Part shown: one piece after another, positions 24,594-32,000 of the stretch
Position numbering within the stretch: the first letter of the stretch is position 1
Layout: every line of letters begins with the position of its first letter
NCBI GenBank assembly: GCA_963786765.1
Contig: CAWBAJ010000022.1
Location: 42,297 to 74,296 of the forward strand
Source: an uncultured Actinomycetota bacterium
Lineage (GTDB): Bacteria > Actinomycetota > Actinomycetes > Actinomycetales > Kineosporiaceae
Reading direction: 5' to 3'
DNA: 32,000 nucleotides
The notes under the pieces: model-generated
What the model was told of the DNA's origin: nothing
The model's input: the letters and a program-made list of their open reading frames with translations, nothing else
Databases searched by the model: none
Program-made: the position numbers and the translations under genes

Positions 24594-25846
24594 CGGACCT
24601 GCTCTGGCCGGGCGACGAGCGGGCCGGCGACCTGTTCACGGACGCCGCTGTCCTGACGGCGATGGTCACGGTCGAGCAAGCATGGCTGTCCGCGCTGGTG
24701 GAGGCCGGAATCGCGCCTGCGGAGGCCCGCGTCTCTCTGACGGGGCTGCTGACCCCGTCGGACGCGGACGAGCTCGCGGCGGACGCCGAGGCCGGGGGCA
24801 ACCCGGTGATCCCGCTCGCGACGCTGCTCCGCGGACGCCTGGGCCCCGGCGCGGCCGCCTCCCCGTGGCTCCACCAAGGGCTGACGAGCCAGGACGTCCT
24901 CGACACCGCCCTGATGCTCTGCCTGCGCGACACCGTCGACCGCATCCGGGACGAGCTGTGCGCGCAGGCGGCAGCCCTCGCCGGCCTGGCCGACCTGCAC
25001 CGCGCGACCGTCATGTCAGGCCGCACGCTGACGCAGCACGCGGTACCCGTTTCCTTCGGGCTCAAGGCCGCCACGTGGCTCGCCGGCGTGCTGGACGCCG
25101 CAGAAGAGGTCGACGCCGTCGGCGTCCGGCTGCCCGTGCAGCTGGGAGGTGCCGCGGGGACGCTCGCGGGCCCCGCCCAGCTCGCCCGACTGGCCCGCGC
25201 AAGGGCGCCCGAGCGGACCGCCCTCGAGCTCACCGACCACCTCGCAGCCGCGCTCGGGCTACGCCCCACTCCGCCGTGGCACACCACCCGGACGGCGGTC
25301 ACCCGGGCCGGCGACGCCCTGGTCCGGTGCACCGACGCCTACGGACGCATCGCGAACGACGTCCTCACACTGTCCCGTCCCGAGATCGGCGAGCTGGCGG
25401 AGCCGGCGCGGAGCGGTCGAGGCGGCTCGTCCACGATGCCGCAGAAAGTCAACCCCGTACTCTCAGTGCTCCTGCGACGGGCGGCACTCGCCGCCCCAGG
25501 GCTCGCCGGCCAGCTGCACCTCGCCGCCGCCGAGGCCGGGGACGAGCGCCCGGACGGCGCCTGGCATGTCGAATGGTCGGCGCTCCGGCTGCTCGCCCGG
25601 CGCACCGCCGTCGCGGCGTCCCAAGCCACCGAGCTCCTCGCCGGGCTCCAGGTGGACGCCGACCGCATGCGAGCGACCGCCGAAGCGGCAGCCCCCGAGC
25701 TGCTCGCGGAGGCGCGCTCACTCGCCGAGCTGAGCGGGGAGCCGACAGCTGCGCCCACGGACGTGGTCGGTTATCTCGGCTCGACAGACCTGCTCATCGA
25801 CGCGGTGCTGGAGCGCGCTGCGAGCTACCTGAAGGGGGCCGAGTGA
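24590..25846 (+). CDS. pcaB: 3-carboxy-cis,cis-muconate cycloisomerase
   Basis: ATG 24590 overlaps the pcaG TGA (ATGA). Fumarate-lyase-superfamily signature GSSTMPQKVNP. The N-terminus reads LLWPGDERAGDLFTDAAVLTAMVTVEQAWL. The position between pcaG and pcaL fits. Confidence 0.9.
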   Translation: MTDLLWPGDERAGDLFTDAAVLTAMVTVEQAWLSALVEAGIAPAEARVSLTGLLTPSDADELAADAEAGGNPVIPLATLLRGRLGPGAAASPWLHQGLTSQDVLDTALMLCLRDTVDRIRDELCAQAAALAGLADLHRATVMSGRTLTQHAVPVSFGLKAATWLAGVLDAAEEVDAVGVRLPVQLGGAAGTLAGPAQLARLARARAPERTALELTDHLAAALGLRPTPPWHTTRTAVTRAGDALVRCTDAYGRIANDVLTLSRPEIGELAEPARSGRGGSSTMPQKVNPVLSVLLRRAALAAPGLAGQLHLAAAEAGDERPDGAWHVEWSALRLLARRTAVAASQATELLAGLQVDADRMRATAEAAAPELLAEARSLAELSGEPTAAPTDVVGYLGSTDLLIDAVLERAASYLKGAE

Positions 25847-27006
25847 CCATCCCCGTCGTCCAGGCCGTAGCGCTCACCGCCACCGAGGCGTCCTTGCCGC
25901 TGCTCGTGGTCGGGCCCTCCCTCGGGACGTCCGTCGAAGCGCTGTGGTCGGCCTGCGCCGCCGAACTCGCCGGCGAGTACGACGTCGTCGGCTGGGACCT
26001 GCCGGGGCACGGGCGCAGCCGGCCGGTGACCGAGGCCTTCACGGTGGCGGAGCTCGCAGCAGGCGTGCTCGCCCTGGCCGACGGGACACTCCGCGCGCGG
26101 GGGACCCCCACTGCGCCCTTCGCCTACGCCGGGGACTCGCTGGGCGGTGCGGTCGGAGTTCAGCTCCTGCTCGACGCCCCGCGCCGCGTCGCGGAGGCGA
26201 CCCTGATCGCGACGGGCGGCCGGATCGCGACGCCGGAGAGCTGGCGCGAGCGTGCCTCGCTGGTTCGTTCCTCCGGCACCCGTGCGCTCGTCGACAGCAC
26301 TCCTGCCCGCTGGTTCGCCCCCGGCTTCGCCGAGCCCGTCGCCGGCGAACTGCTCACTGCGCTCATGGCCGCGGACGACGAGAGCTATGCGCTGGCCTGC
26401 GACGCGCTCGCCGACTTCGACGTCCGTTTCCGCCTCGGCGACATCAGCGCCCCCGTGCTGGCGGTGGCGGGTCGGCACGACCAGGTGACGCCGGTGGCCG
26501 ACCTGGCCGGGATCGCGGGGGCCGTCCGGCGTGGTCGGCTCGTCGTGCTCGAGGGCTGCGGACACCTCCCACCGGCGGAGGCGCCCGCGGCGGTAGCCGG
26601 TCTGGTGCGCGGGGCGGCGGCGGACGGCGTCCGCGGTGCCGGGACGCAAGTGCGGAGAGCCGTCCTGGGACATGCTCACGTGGACCGCGCTGCCGCGGGT
26701 ACGACCCCCTTCACGTCGGACTTCCAGGACCTCATCACTCGGTACGCGTGGGGCGAGATCTGGACACGGCCCGGGCTCGACCGGCGCAGCCGCTCGATCG
26801 TCACGCTGACCGCCCTGGTCGCCCGCGGCCACGACGAGGAGCTGGCCATGCACGTCCGCGGCGCACTGCGCAACGGACTGAGCGAGGAAGAGATCAAGGA
26901 AGTACTGCTGCAGACCGCTGTCTACTGCGGCGTCCCCGCGGCGAACAGCGCCTTCCGGGTCGCCCAGCGGGTGATGGCGGAGCCTGACCAGGAGGACCAC
27001 CGATGA
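25843..27006 (+). CDS. pcaL: Fused 3-oxoadipate enol-lactonase / 4-carboxymuconolactone decarboxylase
   Basis: GTG 25843 overlaps the pcaB TGA (GTGA). The N-terminal alpha/beta hydrolase has ..VGWDLPGHGRS.., nucleophile elbow GDSLGG, and ..GCGHLPP... The C-terminal CMD domain reads ..FQDLITRYAWGEIWTRPGLDRRSRSIVTLTALVARGHDEELAMHVRGALRNGLSEEEIKEVLLQTAVYCGVPAA... The fusion resembles Rhodococcus/Streptomyces PcaL. Confidence 0.9.
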   Translation: MTIPVVQAVALTATEASLPLLVVGPSLGTSVEALWSACAAELAGEYDVVGWDLPGHGRSRPVTEAFTVAELAAGVLALADGTLRARGTPTAPFAYAGDSLGGAVGVQLLLDAPRRVAEATLIATGGRIATPESWRERASLVRSSGTRALVDSTPARWFAPGFAEPVAGELLTALMAADDESYALACDALADFDVRFRLGDISAPVLAVAGRHDQVTPVADLAGIAGAVRRGRLVVLEGCGHLPPAEAPAAVAGLVRGAAADGVRGAGTQVRRAVLGHAHVDRAAAGTTPFTSDFQDLITRYAWGEIWTRPGLDRRSRSIVTLTALVARGHDEELAMHVRGALRNGLSEEEIKEVLLQTAVYCGVPAANSAFRVAQRVMAEPDQEDHR

Positions 27007-27119
27007 GCGGATCGAGCGGAGCCGCCTACGTCTACGACACCTTCCGGACCCCCTTCGGGCGCCTGGGCGGCGCGCTCTCGGGCAGTCGCCCCGACTACCT
27101 CGCCGCCCTGGCTTGCTGA
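27003..27119 (+). pseudogene. pcaF: 5' stub (38 codons) of a 3-oxoadipyl-CoA thiolase gene
   Basis: ATG 27003 overlaps the pcaL TGA (ATGA). MSGSSGAAYVYDTFRTPFGRLGGALSGSRPDYLAAL matches the conserved thiolase N-terminus (..D..RTP.GR.GGALS..R.DDLAA..). The frame then stops at TGA 27117-27119. The remaining ~360 codons are absent, and an unrelated minus-strand fragment follows. Confidence 0.75.
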
Positions 27120-27140
27120 GCGGCATGGCCCATCATCGGG

Positions 27141-27602
27141 CGCACCGGCGAACCCGAGTTCGTCGAGTGCCGGAGGCCGCAGCCCGTGCGCGACGTCGCG
27201 CAGGCTGCTGATGACCTGGCGCGACGCGTCCTGGGCGTTTCGGAGGTAGGCCGGGGAGCGGGCGCCGTCACGGCCGAGATGTGCTGCCGCCGCATCCAGG
27301 TTGAGCCCCAGACCGGTGAGGAGAGGCCCGAGGCCGTCGTGCAGGTCCCGCCGGAGTCGGCGGCGCTCCTCCTCCCGGGCGGCGACGAGGCGGTGCCGCG
27401 CGTCCTGGAGGTCACGGGTGAGGGTCTCGGCCCGGACCAGCCCACCGACGAGCTCGGCGACGGTCGCGAGCACCAGTGCGTCCTGCTCGTCGACGGTCCC
27501 GCTTCCATGCGGTGGCGCGGCGACGAGTTCACCGACGTGTTCACCGGAGTGGACGAGCGGCCACGTGCGCACGCCGTCCCCGATGGCTGGCAGGGTCGCC
27601 AC
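27141..27602 (-). pseudogene. Internal fragment of a NarL-class sensor histidine kinase (end of sensor/GAF-like region + HisKA_3), lacking the N-terminus and the HATPase_c domain
   Basis: The translation reads ..VATLPAIGDGVRTWPLVHSGEHVGELVAAP..LVRAETLTRDLQDARHRLVAAREEERRRLRRDLHDGLGPLLTGLGLNL..SLRDVAHGLRPPALDELGFAGA. After that the frame runs antisense into the pcaF stub and pcaL with no ATPase motifs. The codons above ~27602 are antisense to the RibD_C-like fragment. Confidence 0.7.
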
Positions 27603-27608
27603 ACCCTG

Positions 27609-27994
27609 GACGTCCCCGTTGTCGTGGTGACGCACCGGGTCACCACGGACTGGGTCGAGGCCCACCGCGACGCTCCCTTCACCTTCGTGACCGACGGGTG
27701 GAGGCCGCGATCGCACGGGCCCAGGAGCTCGCCGGGGACCGCGTCGTCGCGATCACCGGGGGCACCATCGCCCGCCAGTGCCTGGACCTGGGGCTGCTCG
27801 ACGAGGTGGCCGTCGACCTGGTCCCCGTCGTGATGGGGGAGGGCAACCGCCCCTTCTTCGGCAAGCTGTCGTCCCAGGACGTCCTGCTCGGCAACCCCAC
27901 GGTCTGCGTCCAGGGCGACCGGGTCACCCACCTGATGTTCCCGGTGCTGCACCGACCCGACAACACCTCCTCAACGTCCGCCGCCGCTCCCTAA
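27609..27994 (+). pseudogene. C-terminal ~2/3 of a RibD_C/dihydrofolate-reductase-family gene, with a 1-nt frameshift
   Basis: Frame A reads ..DVPVVVVTHRVTTDWVEAHRDAPFTFVTDG. After a missing base at ~27696-27698, frame B reads VEAAIARAQELAGDRVVAITGGTIARQCLDLGLLDEVAVDLVPVVMGEGNRPFFGKL...GDRVTHLMFPV..* (TAA 27992-27994). The N-terminal ~60 aa of the family were not found. Confidence 0.65.
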
Positions 27995-28368
27995 CCACCC
28001 CGGCTCCGGCCAACAGACACGCGTCCCATAGCTGGACGCCCCTCTGGACGACCCGAGCAGATCGACCGGGAGCCGACGGGCACAGACTCGGTACTGCTTC
28101 CGCTGACCCGACTGCGAGGACAACCACGCCACGGTCGTGTCACGGGCAGGATCGCCATCGGAAGCGTCGCAGGCGCCGATGCGGACCGTTCCTGCGCGAC
28201 CTACAGCCAAGGGCCTGGCCGAGCTCCGCGCCGGCAACCCCCGTCGCTCACGCTCGACGCCGCGGTTCCGGTGGCACGATCATGAGGGTGGTCTTCCACG
28301 CTCGCGCGGGTCAGCCTCTGACGCCACGCCTCCGGCAGATCATGCCCCATCGGTATGACGAACGTTGA

Positions 28369-28911
28369 TCAGACCGTCGCCGCCACCGATCGCGGGCTGC
28401 GGCGTACGCCCCAGGACGCGAAGGCGAGCAACAGCAGCCCAGGGAGGACGCCGCTGATCGTGTCCACCGCGGCCTGACCCGCGCCGGCGAACACGAGGAC
28501 CAGTCCGAGCGCACCGCAGGCCGTGATCGCCGCGCCCAGCACGTGGAAGAACGGGGCATCGAAGACGACGGCGAGCGCGAAGAAGTGGATCCCGACGACG
28601 AGCGACACCCAGGTCACTCCCGCCTCGGGCTGATCGAGCGGGCCGGCGAGCACCCGGAGCCCGGCGAAAAGCGCCACGACCTCGACCAGGACGACGAGCC
28701 AGTAGGCACGGCCGAAGGCAGCCCCTCCACCGGGCTCGCTGCCCGAAAGGCCCCGCCTGCGGTAGACCGCCGCGACGACGGCGAGGGCCGCCACCAGGGC
28801 CAGCAGGCGCAGCGGCCATTCCACGGCGGCCGGCAGGGCATGCGTGTTGACCTGCACGTAGATCAGCCCGAAGACGGCTGCCACCAAAGAGCCGACGTAC
28901 TGTCCCGGCAC
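28369..28911 (-). CDS. Integral membrane protein (about 5-6 TM helices), divergent partner of the TetR regulator
   Basis: 180 aa, almost entirely hydrophobic helices (..GSLVAAVFGLIYVQV.., ..LRLLALVAALAVVAAVY.., ..AYWLVVLVEVVALFAGL.., ..WVSLVVGIHFFALAVVF.., ..VLGAAITACGALGLVLVFAG.., ..VLPGLLLLAFASW..). No family was recognised. Confidence 0.75.
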   Translation of the reverse strand: MPGQYVGSLVAAVFGLIYVQVNTHALPAAVEWPLRLLALVAALAVVAAVYRRRGLSGSEPGGGAAFGRAYWLVVLVEVVALFAGLRVLAGPLDQPEAGVTWVSLVVGIHFFALAVVFDAPFFHVLGAAITACGALGLVLVFAGAGQAAVDTISGVLPGLLLLAFASWGVRRSPRSVAATV

Positions 28912-28927
28912 GGCTGCCCCCTCGAGC

Positions 28928-28942
28928 GTGAATCCAATTCAC
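28928..28942. promoter_or_regulatory. Inverted repeat GTGAAT-CCA-ATTCAC (plus a third GTGAA half-site at 28947-28951) in the membrane-protein/TetR divergent intergenic region; candidate TetR operator
   Basis: Read directly. It sits in a locally AT-richer 62-nt intergenic region, 32 nt upstream of the TetR ATG 28974. The operator role is inferred. Confidence 0.4.
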
Positions 28943-28973
28943 CTGAGTGAACTATATCAGATAGAGTGGCCAC

Positions 28974-29624
28974 ATGAGACGGGCAGACGACGAGGCCGCG
29001 GGCAGCTCGTCAGCCCGGCCCTACCGCTCCACCCTGCGGGCGGAGCGCGCCGCCGAGACCCGTCGCACAATCGCAGTCGCCGCTCGCGAGCTCTTCGCCG
29101 AGCGAGGCTTCCCGGGGACGACGGTGACGGACATCGCCGAGCGGGCCCGCGTTGCTCCGCAGACCGTGTACGCCACGTTCGGCTCTAAGGGAGCAATCGT
29201 CCGTGCCTTGCTCACGCAGTTCGAGGTGGACGCCGAGGCGACGCGATGGCGTAGCCGGATCGAGGACGAGCCTGACCCCGGCGGCAAGCTCGAGGCCTTC
29301 GCGCAATGGACGTGCGCGCTGCTCTCCAGCAGCAAGTCCGTCATCGCCGCCGTCCAGGGAGCAGCCGGCGACCCGGCCCTGCTGAGCCTGCGGCGGGAAG
29401 GGGACGAACACCGCCGCGAGGCCTTGCGCCGCCTGATCGCCGGGCTGGCGAGCACCGCATCGGTGCGGCCCGACATCACCGAGCTCGTCGCCGTCGACCG
29501 GGCCTGGATGCTGACCGGACTCGACCTGTACCTCGCGGCGGTCGAGGGCTGCGGCTGGACGGACGCCGAGTACGCCACCTGGCTCGGCGCCCTGCTCAGA
29601 GAGCAGATCCTCGGGACGGGATGA
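28974..29624 (+). CDS. TetR/AcrR-family transcriptional regulator
   Basis: The N-terminal HTH reads RRTIAVAARELFAERGFPGTTVTDIAERARVAPQTVYATFGSKGAIVRALL. An all-helical ligand domain follows. Confidence 0.9.
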   Translation: MRRADDEAAGSSSARPYRSTLRAERAAETRRTIAVAARELFAERGFPGTTVTDIAERARVAPQTVYATFGSKGAIVRALLTQFEVDAEATRWRSRIEDEPDPGGKLEAFAQWTCALLSSSKSVIAAVQGAAGDPALLSLRREGDEHRREALRRLIAGLASTASVRPDITELVAVDRAWMLTGLDLYLAAVEGCGWTDAEYATWLGALLREQILGTG

Positions 29625-29729
29625 GCCCCACAGGCACGAGTGAGACGTCCAGACCGGCATCTCTCCTGCTGACAGGCATATGAGAAGTGACCGGGGAATA
29701 CGAGTGCGAGGCAACTAATGGCCCGGGTT

Positions 29730-29938
29730 TCAAGATTCTGCACGCTTGGCCTTGGCGAGGATCTGCTCGACCGGGCTGGTCCCGGTGAAGGGTGGACGCG
29801 GTCGTTCCAGCCGTCGATGTAGGCGGTGATCACACTGGTGAGGTCGCGGACCGAGCGGTAGGAGCCGCGGTGAATGGTCTGCCGCTCGGCCATGGAGAAC
29901 CAGATCTCGACCAGGTTCATCCAGGACGCCATGCCGTC
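29730..29938 (-). mobile_element. IS630-family transposase C-terminal remnant (frameshifted)
   Basis: The minus strand reads ..ASWMNLVEIWFSMAERQTIHRGSYRSVRDLTSVITAYIDGWNDRVHP. After a frameshift it continues FTGTSPVEQILAKAKRAES*. This matches the ..H.SW.NQVE.WFS.L.R..L.RG.F.S...L...I..F....N....PF.WT.. tail of IS630-type DDE transposases. The upstream catalytic region is absent. Confidence 0.65.
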
Positions 29939-29985
29939 CCAAGCTGACAGTGCGGGTGCGTTCTCGTCACCCGCTCCTCCACGAA

Positions 29986-30363
29986 GGTCAGGCCTTGGCC
30001 GGTCGCCGCGTCACGCTGCGCTGGACGCGGACCTGGCGCACGTCATCGACGACGGCCTGCTGGTCCGCACCCTGCCCACGCTCGCGCCGCCTTCACTGCG
30101 CCGCCGCCTGCACGGAGTGCGCCTCGCCATCCCGGCTCAGCCAGCTCCCGCCGGACCGCTACGAGTGCAGCGGCGGGTGTCCAGCCGCGGGAGAGACCCA
30201 AGTCGCAGGGCAACACCTGCGCGTCGGCCTCGCCCACTCGCACACCCTGGTCGGCATCGACGTCCGCGAGAGCGAGTTCCACGTCTGCGACCAGACCGGC
30301 GAACCCCTGACCACCATCGCCAGAACCAGCGGCAACGAAGTCACCGGGACTCAAGGGCTATAG
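29986..30363 (+). mobile_element. IS481-like transposase C-terminal remnant with at least 2 frameshifts
   Basis: The frames, spliced by eye, read ..ALAGRRVTLR / LDADLAHVIDDGLLVRTLPTLAPPSLRRRLHGVRLAIPAQPAPAGPLRVQRRVSSRG / ETQVAGQHLRVGLAHSHTLVGIDVRESEFHVCDQTGEPLTTIARTSGNEVTGTQGL*. The overall motif pattern matches the remnant at 16283-16560, but the sequences differ. It abuts the IS630 remnant. Confidence 0.55.
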
Positions 30364-30408
30364 CGTCCGCGACGGGATCAGCTGACGGGGGTGGATCGAT
30401 CGGAGCTG

Positions 30409-31212
30409 TTACGACCTGACCCAGACGTCGAGCCGCGCGTCTCGTAACTGCTCGGCGAACAGCCCGGTCGGACTCACGGCATTGAGCAGCAAGGTGGCCT
30501 CGGTCGAGAACTCGGTGAATGCTCGACCGAGGCGATGCGGGGCACCGTCGGAACGCGAGAGGCAGCGGGCGATCACGTCGTCCACCGTGCTGATCACCTC
30601 TTGCCCGCCGGCAACACCCACCGTCGAGAAGGCCTGAAAACCTGTCGTCTCCATCGGCCCAGACTCATCACCGGGTGCCGTGCGGACGGTCGATCGGGCT
30701 GTCGCAGCGCCAAGCCCACGCGACGTTCGGCCGGCGAGCAGCTCGGTCAGCGCCGCGTAGGGCGGAAGTGGGTAGGAGCTTCCCGGCGGCGGGTCACCGC
30801 TCAGTGTCCACCCGTAGACCAGGACGCAGAACCCGCCTGGCTGAAGGATCCGCATCAGTGCCCGCGCCGCGGCCGCCTGGTCGAACCAGTGGAATGCCTG
30901 GCCCATCACGGCGACACGGAACGACGCCGGATCGAACGGAAGCTGCTCGGCGCGAGCGCAAACGAACCGGACGTGGTCCATCGACTCCACGACCGTGCCT
31001 GCATGTCGGACCATCGACAACTCCTGGTCCACCCCGACCACCTCATCGAAGTGTTCGGCTATCCGCGCCGTGAGGGTGCCGGGTCCACACCCAACGTCCA
31101 CGATCCTGTCTCCGCTGCCCACGGCGGTCGCCAGCACCTCCCCCAGGGACGCGGGATAGGGCAGCCTCCCGCGGGCGTAGAAGTCCGCGCTCCCGGCGTA
31201 CACCGTCCGCAC
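30409..31212 (-). CDS. Class I SAM-dependent methyltransferase
   Basis: GTG 31212 with GGAGG ~10 nt upstream. SAM motif I reads RIVDVGCGPGTLT. Later motifs are ..FRVAVMGQAFHWFD.. and ..LQPGGFCVLVYGW... Confidence 0.85.
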   Translation of the reverse strand: MRTVYAGSADFYARGRLPYPASLGEVLATAVGSGDRIVDVGCGPGTLTARIAEHFDEVVGVDQELSMVRHAGTVVESMDHVRFVCARAEQLPFDPASFRVAVMGQAFHWFDQAAAARALMRILQPGGFCVLVYGWTLSGDPPPGSSYPLPPYAALTELLAGRTSRGLGAATARSTVRTAPGDESGPMETTGFQAFSTVGVAGGQEVISTVDDVIARCLSRSDGAPHRLGRAFTEFSTEATLLLNAVSPTGLFAEQLRDARLDVWVRS

Positions 31213-31597
31213 GTGCCCCTGCCTCCACCCTTTCCGACCCGCTCGAGCCTAACTCGCGCGACGCCGCCGAGATCGTCCGAACCCCCGCGTCGGTCGCGGC
31301 CAGGAGGAGGCCGGCTTCGCCGCAGCGGGACCCTTCCACCACCACCCCGGGTTGTCGGCGCGGGTGCGGCGCAGACCGGTGAAGGACATGAGTGCCCGGC
31401 TGAGGTACTCGACAAGTTGGGGCTTCAGCACACACATCTTGGCGTGCCCAGGTGTGCGCATGCGGGTCTATTGGATCTGCAGCCCCCGAGGGGGACGGTG
31501 ATCCGAAGGAGTACATGGCATATGAGCCTCTACGCCGCTGCCGGGATATTCGGCGCGGCTCGCCCAAGCCGGGGCCCCATGCCGAGGGAGTTGCTAA

Positions 31598-32000
31598 TTA
31601 CTGCGCCGCATCTTCGGCGACCCCCTTGAGGGACTCCAGCATCGGGCGCCAGCCGTTCTCGACCATCGCTTGCGCGGCCTCTTCGCTGGGGCTGTTGCCG
31701 TGGACGAGCGTCAACCGGGTTCCGCCGCCATCACGCGGGGACAGTTCGTACGTCACGTGGTGGTAATTCTCCGGCGCATCCGGATCACCCGTCAGCGGGC
31801 TCCAGTGCGTCACCGACACCACCCATGGCGGCTCGAACCGCAGCACAACGCCCTTGTCCTGGTACGGCCTCCCCTGCCACTCCCCGGACCACGTGATCGG
31901 ACCTCCCTCGGTCCAGTCGGTCCGCTGCTCGGTCCCGTGCATGTACTCGGTCACCAGGGCGGGCTCCGTCAAGGCCCGCCAAACGTGCTCGGGTGAGGCA
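31598..32000 (-). CDS. SRPBCC/AHSA1-like domain protein (N-terminus beyond window end)
   Basis: The frame stays open to the window edge (..ASPEHVWRALTEPALVTEYMHG...). The body (..WSGEWQGRPYQDKGVVLRFEPPWVVSVTHWSPL....HHVTYELSPRDGGGTRLTLVHGN..SEEAAQAMVENGWRPMLESLKGV) is typical of Aha1/SRPBCC START-like proteins. The ORF-track TTG start at 31972 is probably internal. Confidence 0.7.
   Translation of the reverse strand, partial: ASPEHVWRALTEPALVTEYMHGTEQRTDWTEGGPITWSGEWQGRPYQDKGVVLRFEPPWVVSVTHWSPLTGDPDAPENYHHVTYELSPRDGGGTRLTLVHGNSPSEEAAQAMVENGWRPMLESLKGVAEDAAQ

Noticed and set aside
27995-28368. ORFs in the gap after the RibD_C fragment (27778..28368 +, 28137..28358 +, 27971..28237 -)
   Set aside because: The translations are Arg/Ser/Pro-rich with no motifs. 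This is probably non-coding or unrecognisably decayed DNA.
31478-31495. CCCCCGAGGGGG hairpin as a terminator for the methyltransferase/SRPBCC region
   Set aside because: The 5-bp stem has only a 2-nt loop and no U-tract, and the element is not positioned right after a stop codon.
31518-31625. 35-codon ORF (MSLYAAAGIFGAARPSRGPMPRELLITAPHLRRPP) with GAAGGAG 10 nt upstream
   Set aside because: The SD is good, but the peptide has no features, its GC3 is poor, and it overlaps the 3' end of the SRPBCC gene. The evidence is insufficient.

Overview
High-GC (roughly 70-80% in hand-counted lines) actinobacterial chromosomal segment. All calls come from reading the translations and sequence by eye; no searches were run. 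It has four parts. (1) nt 1-13.8 kb is the distal end of a type VII secretion (T7SS/ESX-like) locus. It holds a WXG100-like gene cut by the window edge and a 1448-aa EssC/EccC-type triple-FtsK ATPase with an N-terminal beta-grasp plus canonical FHA domain. An ECF sigma / zinc anti-sigma pair and a transmembrane Hanks Ser/Thr kinase follow. Then comes a compact operon (24-nt gap, then two 4-nt start/stop overlaps): a 105-aa helical protein, a 237-aa protein, a 1488-aa Rhs/YD-repeat polymorphic toxin, and an overlapping 121-aa immunity candidate. The Rhs N-terminus has no signal peptide and carries a helical T7SS-substrate-like domain followed by TM helices. This T7SS-linked Rhs toxin module is the most interesting candidate system here. 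(2) 13.8-18.5 kb is a lower-GC accessory island. It contains an orphan secreted Cys-containing protein (about 42-60% GC in three hand-counted 60-nt lines), a DinB-like protein, an IS481-like transposase remnant, a DUF5937/ArsR-type regulator and a frameshifted dodecin. (3) 18.5-27 kb is an aromatic-catabolism block: MetE-like methyltransferase, aryl-aldehyde dehydrogenase, pobA, a disrupted IclR regulator, and pcaH-pcaG-pcaB-pcaL with overlapping start/stop codons. It ends in a pcaF stub. (4) 27-32 kb is a patchwork of gene fragments (pcaF stub, histidine-kinase core, frameshifted RibD_C/DHFR-like gene, IS630- and IS481-type remnants) mixed with intact genes (membrane protein/TetR pair, SAM methyltransferase, SRPBCC protein). 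No rRNA, tRNA or CRISPR array was recognised.
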